Part shown: positions 18,453-27,793 of the stretch, piece by piece
How positions within the stretch are numbered: the stretch's first letter is position 1
Layout of the letters: every line of letters starts with the position of its first letter
Origin: Planctomycetota bacterium
GTDB lineage: Bacteria > Planctomycetota > UBA11346
Direction: 5' to 3'
DNA length: 64,000 nt
Assembly (NCBI GenBank): GCA_038213805.1
Contig: JBBQSO010000014.1
Location: 16,607 to 80,606, forward strand
Notes under the pieces: model-generated
Database searches by the model: none
What the model saw: the letters and a program-made list of their open reading frames with translations, nothing else
What the model was told of the DNA's origin: nothing
Made by a program: the position numbers and the translations under genes

Positions 18453-18607
18453 GTCCGGCAGTCCGGGGTCCGGAAGTCCGGAAGTCGGCTGCTGACGGAT
18501 CCCGTGCACCCGAGACTTGAGGATGGCCTCCCGACCCAGGCCCAGGGATGACCGGCTCGCACCCTGCCGACAAGACTTCCGGACTTCCGGACCCCGGACT
18601 GCCGGAC
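18453..18607. repeat. Repeat family A, copy 1: perfect 34-bp inverted repeat built from GTCCGGAA-type octamers, 87-bp spacer
   Basis: 18453-18486 (GTCCGGCAGTCCGGGGTCCGGAAGTCCGGAAGTC) is the exact reverse complement of 18574-18607. Confidence 0.92.
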
Positions 18608-18662
18608 TTCCCCAAAACGGCCATTGAGTTCCCCCCCCTCCGCCCTTCAATGCCCGCCCGTT

Positions 18663-19958
18663 ATGGTACAGCGCACCGCCGCCCTCATCAGCCTTGGCTG
18701 CTCGAAGAATCTCGCCGACAGCGAAGATCTGATCACCGCGCTGCGCTCGGTCGACTTCGGCCTGACCAAGGAGCTCGGCGAGGCCGATCTGGTGCTGATC
18801 AACACCTGTGGTTTCATCGAGGGCGCCAAGCAGGAGAGCATCCAGCACATCCTGGATGCCGCGGCCGGGCGCAAGGAGGGTGCCAAGCTCTTCGTGGCGG
18901 GCTGTCTAACCGAACGCTACCTGAGCGAACTCCAGGCCGACATCCCCGAAGTCGACCAGTGGGTGACCTTCAAGGACTACGACCGCTTCCCGGCGGTGGT
19001 GCGCACCCACTTCGGCGACATCCCCGAGCATCGCCTGCGCCACGACCAGCGCAGCCAGCTGACCCCCCCGCACTTCGCCTTCCTGAAGATCGCCGAGGGC
19101 TGCGACAACACCTGCAACTTCTGCGCCATCCCACTGTTCCGCGGCAAGCACCGCTCGCGCCCGCAAGAGGACCTGGTCGCCCAGGCGCGCACCCTGGCCA
19201 AGCGTGGCGTGCGCGAGATCAACCTGATCTCGCAGCACCTCGACTATTACGGCCAGGACCTTTACGGCGAGAAGCGCCTGCCCGGGCTGGTGCGCGCCCT
19301 GGCCGCGGCCGCCCCGGAATCGTGGCTGCGCCTCCACTACTGCTATCCCAACGATTTCACCGACGAGCTGATCGCGGCCATGGCCGAGACGCCCAACGTG
19401 GTGAAATACGTCGACATGCCGATCCAGCACGGCGCCAGCCGCACCCTGGCGGCGATGGGCCGGCGCACCACGCGCGCGCAGATCAGCGAGCGCCTGGCGC
19501 GCATCCGCGCCGCCATGCCCGAGGTGGTGGTGCGCACCTCGTTCATCGTCGGCTTCCCCGGCGAGCGCGACGAGGATTTCGCGGAGCTGCTCGACTTCGC
19601 CAAGGAACAGTCCTTCGACTCGGTCGGCTGCTTCCAGTACAGCGACGAGGACGGCACCACCGCCGCCAAGATGAAGCACAAGGTCCCAGCCGACGTCATC
19701 GCTGCCCGCCACCACGCCTTCATGACCCAGCAGAAGAAGCTGCACCGCGCGCGCCTGAAGCGCTGGATCGGCCGCGAACTGACCGTGCTGGTCGACGCGC
19801 AGCGCGACTTCGGGGTGTTCGCCACCCGCCACTACGGCCAGGCCAGCGAGGTTGACGGCGCCACCATCCTGGCCAGCGAGCTGGCCAGCGTCGGCAGCTG
19901 GGCGAAGGTCAGGATCACCGGCTCCAAGGGGTACGATCTCATCGCCGAGGCGGTGTGA
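18663..19958 (+). CDS. rimO: Ribosomal protein S12 methylthiotransferase
   Basis: SLGCSKN, INTCGFI, KIAEGCDNTCNFC (radical SAM), YVDMPIQH, RTSFIVGFPGE and a C-terminal TRAM domain (ASEVDG). Confidence 0.95.
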   Translation: MVQRTAALISLGCSKNLADSEDLITALRSVDFGLTKELGEADLVLINTCGFIEGAKQESIQHILDAAAGRKEGAKLFVAGCLTERYLSELQADIPEVDQWVTFKDYDRFPAVVRTHFGDIPEHRLRHDQRSQLTPPHFAFLKIAEGCDNTCNFCAIPLFRGKHRSRPQEDLVAQARTLAKRGVREINLISQHLDYYGQDLYGEKRLPGLVRALAAAAPESWLRLHYCYPNDFTDELIAAMAETPNVVKYVDMPIQHGASRTLAAMGRRTTRAQISERLARIRAAMPEVVVRTSFIVGFPGERDEDFAELLDFAKEQSFDSVGCFQYSDEDGTTAAKMKHKVPADVIAARHHAFMTQQKKLHRARLKRWIGRELTVLVDAQRDFGVFATRHYGQASEVDGATILASELASVGSWAKVRITGSKGYDLIAEAV

Positions 19959-20779
19959 GGGCCAGGCGCCGGTGCCTGCTGCTCGCCACCCTGGTTCTCG
20001 CTGGCTGCGGCTCGGCCCCGGTCCGCACCCAGGCCGACGCCCAGCCGCCAGCGACCGCCGACCAGGCCGCGGCTCTGGCCGCCGACGTCCAGCGCGTGCA
20101 CGGCCAGGCCGCGGCGGTGACCGCTGATCTGCTGGTGCGAGTCAAACCGGATGGCGCGGACGCTGAAATCTTCCAGCTGCATCTGTGGTGCGCAGACGAC
20201 GGACGCATCCACCTCGAGGCGACGCGCCTGGAAGTGCCGTTCATCCGCGCCCTGGTCCAAGCTGACGGGCACTTCACCGCGGAGCTGGTGCAGACTCGGG
20301 AGGTGGTCCACGGCACGCTCGCCGATCTCGCTGAGCGCGACGCCCAGGGCAAGCCGCTTGGCCTGCCCTTCCTCACCTACCTGACCCTGCTGGTCAGCGA
20401 GGCCAAGGCCGGTCCCCTGCCGACCGGCACCGCGCCCACCAGCCCGGCCGCTGGCACGCTGCGCTTCACCGACCCGGCCAGCGGACTGGACGCGCAGCTG
20501 ACCGTCGACCACGCCAGCCATCAGGCGGTGGGCAAGCGCCTGAGCGATGCCAGCGGTGCGCCGGTGCTGACCCTCGAGTACGGCAAATACCAGGTTTTCG
20601 ACCTGCTCAACCGCGCCAGCCGCGTGAAGCTGGTGGTCGCCGGCGACAACGGCGAATACTCCCTGCGCCTGCGCGACCTGCGCGCGGTGCCGGCGATCAG
20701 TGACGAGGGCATGCGCTTCGCGCCGCCAGCGGGTCTGACGGAGATCACACCCGCGGAGTTCCTGCAGCGGTTGCATTAA
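19955..20779 (+). CDS. Lipoprotein, possibly LolA/LolB-like fold
   Basis: Lipobox LAGC after a basic then hydrophobic signal; beta-rich body; C-terminal ISDEGMRFAPPAGLTEI resembles LolA-family ends. Confidence 0.7.
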   Translation: MRARRRCLLLATLVLAGCGSAPVRTQADAQPPATADQAAALAADVQRVHGQAAAVTADLLVRVKPDGADAEIFQLHLWCADDGRIHLEATRLEVPFIRALVQADGHFTAELVQTREVVHGTLADLAERDAQGKPLGLPFLTYLTLLVSEAKAGPLPTGTAPTSPAAGTLRFTDPASGLDAQLTVDHASHQAVGKRLSDASGAPVLTLEYGKYQVFDLLNRASRVKLVVAGDNGEYSLRLRDLRAVPAISDEGMRFAPPAGLTEITPAEFLQRLH

Positions 20780-20888
20780 GGGCACGGCAGGCAGGAGTCG
20801 CGGGCTGCGGGCTTCAAGCCACGTTTCCTCGCAGCTCGCAGCTGGTCCCGGGCCCAACTCTCCACACGTGGAAGCCGGGCTTCGGGGC

Positions 20889-20917
20889 TGTAACAACAAG
20901 CCCCTGGAACCGGTATA
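20889..20917 (+). promoter_or_regulatory. Possible ECF-sigma-dependent promoter
   Basis: TGTAAC-N16-CGGTATA about 45 bp upstream of an operon that encodes an ECF sigma factor. Confidence 0.4.
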
Positions 20918-20962
20918 TCCACCGATCCCAGCCGGGATCGTCCCTCTTCCGCCGAGGCGCCC

Positions 20963-21907
20963 ATGTCACTGACCAGCACGATCCTCACCCTACCGCTGGC
21001 CTGCGCCCTGTGGGCCGCCACGACCCCCGCGCAGGCCATGGACCTGGGTCAGATTCCCGGGGACGAACGCTGGCTGGTACAGGTCGACGTCGCCGCGGTG
21101 ATGCAGGGCCGGCTCGGCCAGTGGCTGCTCCAGCATCAGGACGGCATGATCAAGGCGCGCCTGAGCTTGCTCGCCGCGGTCAGCGGCCTCGACCTGACCA
21201 AGGACCTCGACTCGCTGACCCTGTGCGGCGCCGACGCCGGTGAGGACAACGCGCTGATCTATGCGCGCGGCCGCTTCGATGCCAAGCGCCTGACGACCCT
21301 CGTCCAGGCGGCCGAGGGCTACACCAGCATCCCCTACCAGGGGCACGCCATCGCGCAGTGGCACGACACCAAGCGTGGCGCAGGCAAGCTCAACGCCGCC
21401 TGTCTGGTCGGCGACGGCCTGCTGGTGTTCTCGCCGCGCGCAGAATTGGTCGAGCTGGCGCTCGACGTCCTCGAGGGGCGCAACCAGGCGACCGCGGCCA
21501 AGGCCGGTCAGTTCGATGCCGCCGCGTTCCCCGCCGGCGCGCCGCTGGTGCTGGCGGCGACCGTCGACATGCAGAACTGGGCCAGGCTCGCGCCGCAGGC
21601 GGCGATGCTGCGCAACGTGCGCGGGGTGGTCGCGGGCGTCGCCGAGCAGGGCGACGACTTCGTGCTCAGTGCATACCTCAGTGGCCGCGACGCCGCGGCC
21701 GCCGCGCAGCTGCGCGACCTCGCCCAGGGCCTGATCGCCCTGGCCAAGCTCAACCAGGGTGCGGCCATGGAGCCGCTGGTGCAGGCGGTGGTCGACAGCG
21801 CGCAGATCAGCGCGAGCGGTACCGCACTCAGCGCCAGCGCCCACGTCCCGGTCGCGGCGGTGCTCGGCATCATGGAGCGCCGCAACGCCGGGCAGGCGGC
21901 GCCCTGA
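20963..21907 (+). CDS. Secreted or periplasmic hypothetical protein
   Basis: Signal peptide ending AQA; 314 aa; its stop overlaps the ECF sigma start (TGATG). Confidence 0.8.
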   Translation: MSLTSTILTLPLACALWAATTPAQAMDLGQIPGDERWLVQVDVAAVMQGRLGQWLLQHQDGMIKARLSLLAAVSGLDLTKDLDSLTLCGADAGEDNALIYARGRFDAKRLTTLVQAAEGYTSIPYQGHAIAQWHDTKRGAGKLNAACLVGDGLLVFSPRAELVELALDVLEGRNQATAAKAGQFDAAAFPAGAPLVLAATVDMQNWARLAPQAAMLRNVRGVVAGVAEQGDDFVLSAYLSGRDAAAAAQLRDLAQGLIALAKLNQGAAMEPLVQAVVDSAQISASGTALSASAHVPVAAVLGIMERRNAGQAAP

Positions 21908-22503
21908 TGAGCGCCGGCCAGCCGGTCCACATCTCAGGCCCGGTCGCTGACGCCGATGTGCCGCGCCTGGTGGCGGCCGCCCGCGCCGGCGACGGCGAGG
22001 CGTTCGCTGCCCTGGTGCGCGCTTACGCGACGCGCCTGCACCGCTTCGTCACCGCCCTGGGCATCAGCGCCGCCGACGCCGACGACGTCTTGCAGGACGC
22101 TTTCCTGCGCGCCCACCAGAACCTCGACCGCTATGACCCGACCTGGGCCTTCTCGACCTGGCTGTTCACCATCACGCGGCGGCTGGCGCTCAACCAGCTT
22201 GCCAAGCGCCGCACCGTGCCGTTGCCCGAGCAGGCCGCTGAACTGTGCGCAAGCGCACCGCCCGAGCCCGACGAGGATGCCGGACGCCTCTGGCTGCAGG
22301 CGCGCGCAGTGCTGCCCGAGCGCGCCTACCAGGTGTTGTGGCTGCACTATGGCGAGGATCTCGACGCCGGCGGCGTCGGTCGCGTCATGGGCATCACCGC
22401 GCTGCACGCGCGCGTCCTCCTCCACCGCGCACGCGCCCGCCTCGCCAAGGCCCTCGGCCCCGGCCGCGCCCCCATCCAGGTCCCGCACGGAGTTCAGCCA
22501 TGA
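21907..22503 (+). CDS. ECF RNA polymerase sigma factor
   Basis: GDGEAFAALVRAY, DADDVLQDAFLRA, FSTWLFTI and region 4 (LPERAYQVLWLHY...VLLHRARARL). Confidence 0.93.
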   Translation: MSAGQPVHISGPVADADVPRLVAAARAGDGEAFAALVRAYATRLHRFVTALGISAADADDVLQDAFLRAHQNLDRYDPTWAFSTWLFTITRRLALNQLAKRRTVPLPEQAAELCASAPPEPDEDAGRLWLQARAVLPERAYQVLWLHYGEDLDAGGVGRVMGITALHARVLLHRARARLAKALGPGRAPIQVPHGVQP

Positions 22504-22952
22504 GTCCTGAAACCAACGATGAGCAGCAGCGCCTGTCCGGACGGCTGCGCCGCGCCGCGCAGGCGTGGCCGGCGGACGCCCCACTTGGCCTGGGCGAGCG
22601 CATGGCCGCGCGCGTCGCGGTCGCGGTCGCCGCGCCGATGGGCCGACGCCCCCTGACGATGCCGGCGTGGGCCTGGCTGACCGCTGCGGCCGGCCTGCTG
22701 ATCGCGATCGGCGCACTGGCGAGTGCGCGCGGCGCGCCCTCGACGGTGGCAGTGCCGGTGGTCGCGCTGCAGCCCCTTGCACACGCGGCGGACGACGATT
22801 TCACGCTGCCAACCATGCCCAGCGAGATTCCGCTCAACCGTGAACTGCGCAACCTCGACGCCGACATGCGCGCAACCGCGGCATTCCTGGTCGACCGGCT
22901 ACCGGTGATCGAGCTGGCGCAGCGCGAGCCGGGGCCGAAGACGCAGCCGTAA
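22500..22952 (+). CDS. Single-TM putative anti-sigma factor
   Basis: ATGA overlap with the sigma gene; cytoplasmic N-terminus, TM helix (WAWLTAAAGLLIAIGAL) and short C-terminus. Confidence 0.7.
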   Translation: MSPETNDEQQRLSGRLRRAAQAWPADAPLGLGERMAARVAVAVAAPMGRRPLTMPAWAWLTAAAGLLIAIGALASARGAPSTVAVPVVALQPLAHAADDDFTLPTMPSEIPLNRELRNLDADMRATAAFLVDRLPVIELAQREPGPKTQP

Positions 22953-22983
22953 AGGAGAAGGGAGACGTTGAACACGAGACGCA

Positions 22984-23074
22984 TCTCGCGTCTCGCGTCT
23001 CGCGTCTCGCGTCTCGCGTCTCGCGTCTCGCGTCTCGCGTCTCGCGTCTCGCGTCTCGCGTCTCGCGTCTCGCG
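22984..23074. repeat. Perfect heptamer microsatellite (TCTCGCG)13
   Basis: 91 bp of exact 7-mer repeat between the convergent anti-sigma and glmS genes. Confidence 0.97.
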
Positions 23075-23181
23075 TCAGGGCGGGCCACGGCGATCAGCGC
23101 AGCCTCATGTCAAAATTCCTGTGACGCTGCGCGTTATCGTCGCGCCTCGCGCCGAGGTACCCAACCGCGCAACGGGGAGCG

Positions 23182-25086
23182 CTACTCGACCGTCACCGAC
23201 TTCGCCAAATTGCGTGGCTGATCGACGTCGCAGTTCCGGCGCCGCGCGACGTGGTAGGCGTAGCGTTGCAGCGGCAGCACGCTGAGCAGCGGCTGGAGCA
23301 GATCCTCGCCGGCGCGCGCCACGGGAAAGAGATGGTCGCTGAGATCGCGCAGGGCGCGATCGCCCGCCAGGCCGACGGCGATGACGCGGCCGGCGCGGGC
23401 GCGCACCTCTTGCAGGTTCGAGAGCATCTTCTCATAGAGCGCGTCCCGCGGGCACAGGCAGATCACCGGCAGGTGGCTGGTCACCAGCGCGATGGGGCCG
23501 TGCTTGAATTCGCCGGCGGGGTAGCCGACGGCGTGCACGTAGGCCAGCTCCTTGAGCTTGAGCGCGCCCTCAAGCGCGGTCGGGTGCTCGCCACCGCGGC
23601 CAAGGAAGACCGTGGCCTGCGCGGCGGCGAAGATGTCCGCGGCCTCGGCGACGGGCTCTTCGGCGGTGGCCAAGGTTGCGGCCGCGAGTTCGGGCAGGGC
23701 GCGCGCAGCGGCCACGGCCTGGGCCTCGGCGGCGGCGTCGAGCAGGCCCTTGGCGCGCGCCACCTGCAGGGCGAAGAGGTAGAGCGCCAGCACCTGCGCG
23801 GTGTAGGCCTTGGTGCTGGCCACGCCGATCTCGGGGCCGGCGAGCAGCGGCATGACGCCGTTCGATTCGCGCGCGATGGTCGAGGTGACGGTGTTCACCA
23901 GGCCGACGACCGGGATGAACTTGGCGCGCGCCAGGCGCAGACCGGCGAGGGTGTCGGCGGTCTCGCCGGACTGGCTGATCGCCACCACCAGGGTGTTGCC
24001 CGAGGCCACCGGGTTGCGGTAGCGGTACTCGCTGGAGATGTCGACCTCGACGTGGATGCGCGCGAGCTGCTCGAGGAAGCGCTTGCCGAGCAGCGCCGCG
24101 TGCCAGCTGGTGCCGGCGGCGAGGAACACCACGTGGTTGACCGAGGCGAGGTCGAGACCGAGGTCGGGCTCGACCAGTGCGCCGCCGCGCAGGCGGCTGT
24201 CGAGCAGGCGCGCCAGCACCGCCGGCTGCTCGGCGATCTCCTTGGCCATGAAACTGTCGTAGCTGCCCTTCGAGACCGCCTCGGCGGTGACCTCGATCGC
24301 CTTGAACACCGCCTCGGCCGGCTGCCCGGCGAAGTCGCTGAGCGCGAGGCCCTGGTCGGTGAGGTCGGCGATCTGACCGTCGGCCAGGAAGCACACCTGG
24401 TGGGCGTGCGGCAGCAGCGCCGGCACGTCGGAGGCCAACAGCATCTCGCGCACCGGCGTGCGCCCGGCCTTGGCGAAGCTCGCGGTGCTGCCCTCCGCGG
24501 CCGGCTCGTTGAGGTCGTAGGAACGGCCCTTGCCGACCAGGAGCGGCGAGCCCTGGCGCACCGCGACGATGCGCCGCGGGTGGTCGGCGAAGACCACGGC
24601 AAAGGCGAAGCTGCCCTCCAGGCGGGCCACCGCCGCGCGCACTGCAGCCAGCGCGTCGCCGCGGTAATGGTGGGCGATGAGCTGCGGAATGACCTCTGTG
24701 TCGGTCTCGCTGCGGAAGATCGCGCCGGCCTGGGTCAGCTCGCGGCGCAACTGCTCATGGTTCTCGATGATGCCGTTGTGCACCACCGCGATGCGCCCGT
24801 CGTACGGCCCGCCGCTGGCGAGGTGCGGGTGACAATTGATCTCGGTGGGCGCGCCGTGGGTGGCCCAGCGCGTGTGCGCGATGCCGCAGTTGCCGTCCAC
24901 CGGCTGGGCCTCGATGAGATCGCTGAGCTGCTTGAGCTTGCCGGCCGCCCGACGCAGATGGATCTCACCGTCGCTCATCACCGCCAGGCCGGCGGAGTCG
25001 TAGCCCCGGTACTTGAGGCGCTCGAGCGCGACGATCAGCACCGAATCCGCAGGCTTGGGACCGAGATACCCGGCGATTCCGCACAT
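23182..25086 (-). CDS. glmS: Glutamine--fructose-6-phosphate aminotransferase
   Basis: MCGI, YRGYDSAG, HTRWATHG, HNGIIEN, SQSGETADT, ALKLKE and DQPRNLAKSVTVE motifs. Confidence 0.98.
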   Translation of the reverse strand: MCGIAGYLGPKPADSVLIVALERLKYRGYDSAGLAVMSDGEIHLRRAAGKLKQLSDLIEAQPVDGNCGIAHTRWATHGAPTEINCHPHLASGGPYDGRIAVVHNGIIENHEQLRRELTQAGAIFRSETDTEVIPQLIAHHYRGDALAAVRAAVARLEGSFAFAVVFADHPRRIVAVRQGSPLLVGKGRSYDLNEPAAEGSTASFAKAGRTPVREMLLASDVPALLPHAHQVCFLADGQIADLTDQGLALSDFAGQPAEAVFKAIEVTAEAVSKGSYDSFMAKEIAEQPAVLARLLDSRLRGGALVEPDLGLDLASVNHVVFLAAGTSWHAALLGKRFLEQLARIHVEVDISSEYRYRNPVASGNTLVVAISQSGETADTLAGLRLARAKFIPVVGLVNTVTSTIARESNGVMPLLAGPEIGVASTKAYTAQVLALYLFALQVARAKGLLDAAAEAQAVAAARALPELAAATLATAEEPVAEAADIFAAAQATVFLGRGGEHPTALEGALKLKELAYVHAVGYPAGEFKHGPIALVTSHLPVICLCPRDALYEKMLSNLQEVRARAGRVIAVGLAGDRALRDLSDHLFPVARAGEDLLQPLLSVLPLQRYAYHVARRRNCDVDQPRNLAKSVTVE

Positions 25087-25253
25087 CGCATACGCTCCAG
25101 AAGCTCAGCGTAACGCCGGCACCGCAAGGCGGAAGGCCCGGCGCCTCCTGGCATCATCCCACCATCCCCGTGCGTGGGGGGCGACGGCGCTTCCGGGATG
25201 CATTCGGTGGTCGGCGTGGATGATGCGCAACGAGCACCGCCCGGACCGCCACC

Positions 25254-27365
25254 ATGCCCAACGCCCTCGCCACCTCCGCCTCGCCCTACCTCAAGCAGCA
25301 CGCGGACAACCCCGTGGCCTGGCAGCCGTGGGGAGAGTCCGCTTTCGCCGAGGCACGCCGCCGCGATGTGCCGGTGCTGGTCTCGATCGGCTACAGCACC
25401 TGCCACTGGTGCCACGTCATGGCTCACGAGTCGTTCGAGGACGCGCAGACCGCGGCGCTGATGAACGCGCACTTCGTGTGCATCAAGGTCGACCGTGAGG
25501 AGCATCCCGAGGTCGACGCCATCTACATGGACGCGGTGCAGGCGCTCACCGGCCATGGCGGCTGGCCGCTCAACGCCTTCACCGACGCCGACGGACGGCC
25601 GTTCCACGCGCTCACCTACCTGCCGCGCCCCGCCTGGCGCAAGCTGCTTGACCACCTCGCGGCGCTGTGGGCAGGCGACCGCGCACGCATCGCCAAGGCG
25701 GCGGAGCAGATCACCGCCCACCTCCAGGATGCGGGCGTCGCCCCGGGCGCGCTGCCGGCCGACCTGTGGAGCGGCCTCGAGCAGGGCCTGGCGCGCGCCT
25801 GGGACGGCGCCGCGCCGGGCTGGGCGTATGGCGAGGCCAAGGCGCCGAAGTTCCCCTCCAGCCAGGTGCTGCCGCTGCTGCTCGACAGTGGGCGCGCGCC
25901 GGTGCTGCGCCAGGCCGAGCTGGTCCTCGAGGCGATGCAGGACGCCGGCCTGCACGAGCGCGTCGGCGGCGGATTTCACCGCTACAGCGTCGACCGTCAC
26001 TGGCGGCTGCCGCACTTCGAGAAGATGCTCTACGACAACGCGCAGCTCATCGTCGCCTACGCACGCGCGGGGGCGGCGCTCGGGCGACCCGACTTCACGC
26101 GCACCGCGGTCAACGCCGGCGACTACCTGCTGCGCGACCTGCGCGTGGTCGAGGACGGCGTGTTCCGCGGCTATGCCAGTGCCGAGGACGCCGACGATCC
26201 GGATGGCGAAGGCAGTTTCTACGCCTGGCCACCGGCCGAGCTGGCCGCGGCGCTTGGCGCGGCGACGGGCGCCGCGCTGGCAGCCGCCTGGGACATCACG
26301 CCCGGCACGCGTCCGACGAGCGCGCACGGCCACCTCGAGCCGATCGTCAGCCACATCCCACACCCGCGCGGCACCGCGCTGGCGCGGCTCGCCCCGGACG
26401 GCGACGTGCAGGCACTGCGGGCATCGTGGGAGGTGCACCTGCCGGTGCTGCGCGCGCGCCGCGCTGCCCGCCCGCGCCCCGGCCGCGACGACAAGGTGCT
26501 CACCGACCAGAACGCCCTGGCCCTGGAGGCCTTCGCTGCGCTCGGCCGTCACTGTGGCGATGAACGTGGCGAGGCACGCTTCACCGCCGCCTGCAGCGAA
26601 CTCGCCGCCGTGCTGATGGCGCGCCACCATGCGGATGGTCTGATCCGCCTGCCGGGCGCCGCCGGGCAGCCGGCGCGCCCTGCCTACATCACCGACTACG
26701 GCGCGCTGGTGACCGGGCTGTGCGCGGCCTTCGACCTGCTCGGCGAGCCGGCGCTGATCGACGCGGCCGAACGCGTCGCCGACGAGGCCTGGACGCGCCT
26801 GCACGCGGACGACGGCGGCTTCTACACCACCCCAGCGGGCCGCACCGACCTGGTGCGGCGCGGCCGCGAGCAGACCGACAACGCGTGGCCTTCCGGGCAA
26901 AACAGCCTTGCGCTGGGCTGCGTGCGCCTGGCCGCGCTGACCGGCACGGGCCGCTGGCGGGCGCTCGCCGAGGGTGTGTTCTCGGCCAGCGCCGCGATCG
27001 TCGCGCAGGCCCCCAGCGCCTGCGCGACGTTGCTGCGCGCCGCCGTGCAGGCGCGACGCGGAGCGCTCATCGCGGTCGTCGCCGGCGCCGCCGACGATCC
27101 GGCCACCGTCGCGCTGCTCGCCACCTGCCGGCGCGCGACCCTGCCGGGACTGGTGATCGTGCCGCTGGCCACCTGCCGCGAGCGTGCCTGGGCCTGCCTC
27201 GACGGACGCCGCGACATCGACGAGGCGCAGGTGATGCTGTGCATCGGCACCACCTGCCTGCTGCCGGCGCGCGATCCGGAAGCCCTCACGCTGCGCCTGG
27301 TCGAGGCCGGCCGACGCCTGGCGGAACGCCGCGCTGAGCGCTCTGGCGTCGCGGAGGCGCCGTGA
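25254..27365 (+). CDS. YyaL/DUF255 thioredoxin-domain protein (SPATA20-like)
   Basis: [50 protein letters not shown] and DDKVL motifs. Confidence 0.94.
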   Translation: MPNALATSASPYLKQHADNPVAWQPWGESAFAEARRRDVPVLVSIGYSTCHWCHVMAHESFEDAQTAALMNAHFVCIKVDREEHPEVDAIYMDAVQALTGHGGWPLNAFTDADGRPFHALTYLPRPAWRKLLDHLAALWAGDRARIAKAAEQITAHLQDAGVAPGALPADLWSGLEQGLARAWDGAAPGWAYGEAKAPKFPSSQVLPLLLDSGRAPVLRQAELVLEAMQDAGLHERVGGGFHRYSVDRHWRLPHFEKMLYDNAQLIVAYARAGAALGRPDFTRTAVNAGDYLLRDLRVVEDGVFRGYASAEDADDPDGEGSFYAWPPAELAAALGAATGAALAAAWDITPGTRPTSAHGHLEPIVSHIPHPRGTALARLAPDGDVQALRASWEVHLPVLRARRAARPRPGRDDKVLTDQNALALEAFAALGRHCGDERGEARFTAACSELAAVLMARHHADGLIRLPGAAGQPARPAYITDYGALVTGLCAAFDLLGEPALIDAAERVADEAWTRLHADDGGFYTTPAGRTDLVRRGREQTDNAWPSGQNSLALGCVRLAALTGTGRWRALAEGVFSASAAIVAQAPSACATLLRAAVQARRGALIAVVAGAADDPATVALLATCRRATLPGLVIVPLATCRERAWACLDGRRDIDEAQVMLCIGTTCLLPARDPEALTLRLVEAGRRLAERRAERSGVAEAP

Positions 27366-27387
27366 GCGCGGGCGCCGGCGGGTCGCC

Positions 27388-27702
27388 ATGACGACCATTC
27401 CAATCGCCGCTCCACACGATGGCCAGCACGTCGCCGCGCAGGTCGGCGACGTGCTGGATATCGCGCTGGAGGAGACGGCGGGCAGCGGCTTCCAGTGGCG
27501 CCTCGCCGGGCCACCGGCGGGCTGCACCGTCACGGACGAGACGCGCACGCCGGGCGATGCGAAGCACCCAGGCGCCAACGGCAGCCACCGTTGGCGGGTG
27601 GCGCTCGGTGCGGTCGGCGCGCATACGCTGGTCTTTAAGCTGGGGCGCGGGTGGGAGGAGACGTCTCGTCAGCGGTTGGCAATCACCGTCAGCGTGGGCT
27701 GA
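27388..27702 (+). CDS. Chagasin-like cysteine protease inhibitor (family I42)
   Basis: 104 aa Ig-like pattern VGDVLDIALEETAGSGFQW...PGANG...G...LGRGWE; no signal peptide. Confidence 0.75.
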   Translation: MTTIPIAAPHDGQHVAAQVGDVLDIALEETAGSGFQWRLAGPPAGCTVTDETRTPGDAKHPGANGSHRWRVALGAVGAHTLVFKLGRGWEETSRQRLAITVSVG

Positions 27703-27793
27703 CGCATACGACCATGCACACACCTCGACGCGCCGGTCGGGAGTGCGCACGACCATTCCAGTGTTCGGGCCACGGCGACACTGGATGCAGGCA

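Noticed and set aside
22984..23074. Possible CRISPR array or repeat-protein ORFs (RETRDAR / SRLASRV)
   Set aside because: There are no spacers or cas genes. It is a pure heptamer microsatellite and the ORFs are by-products of it.
25087..25253. glmS ribozyme upstream of glmS
   Set aside because: The divergent intergenic region is short and I see no recognisable ribozyme core.
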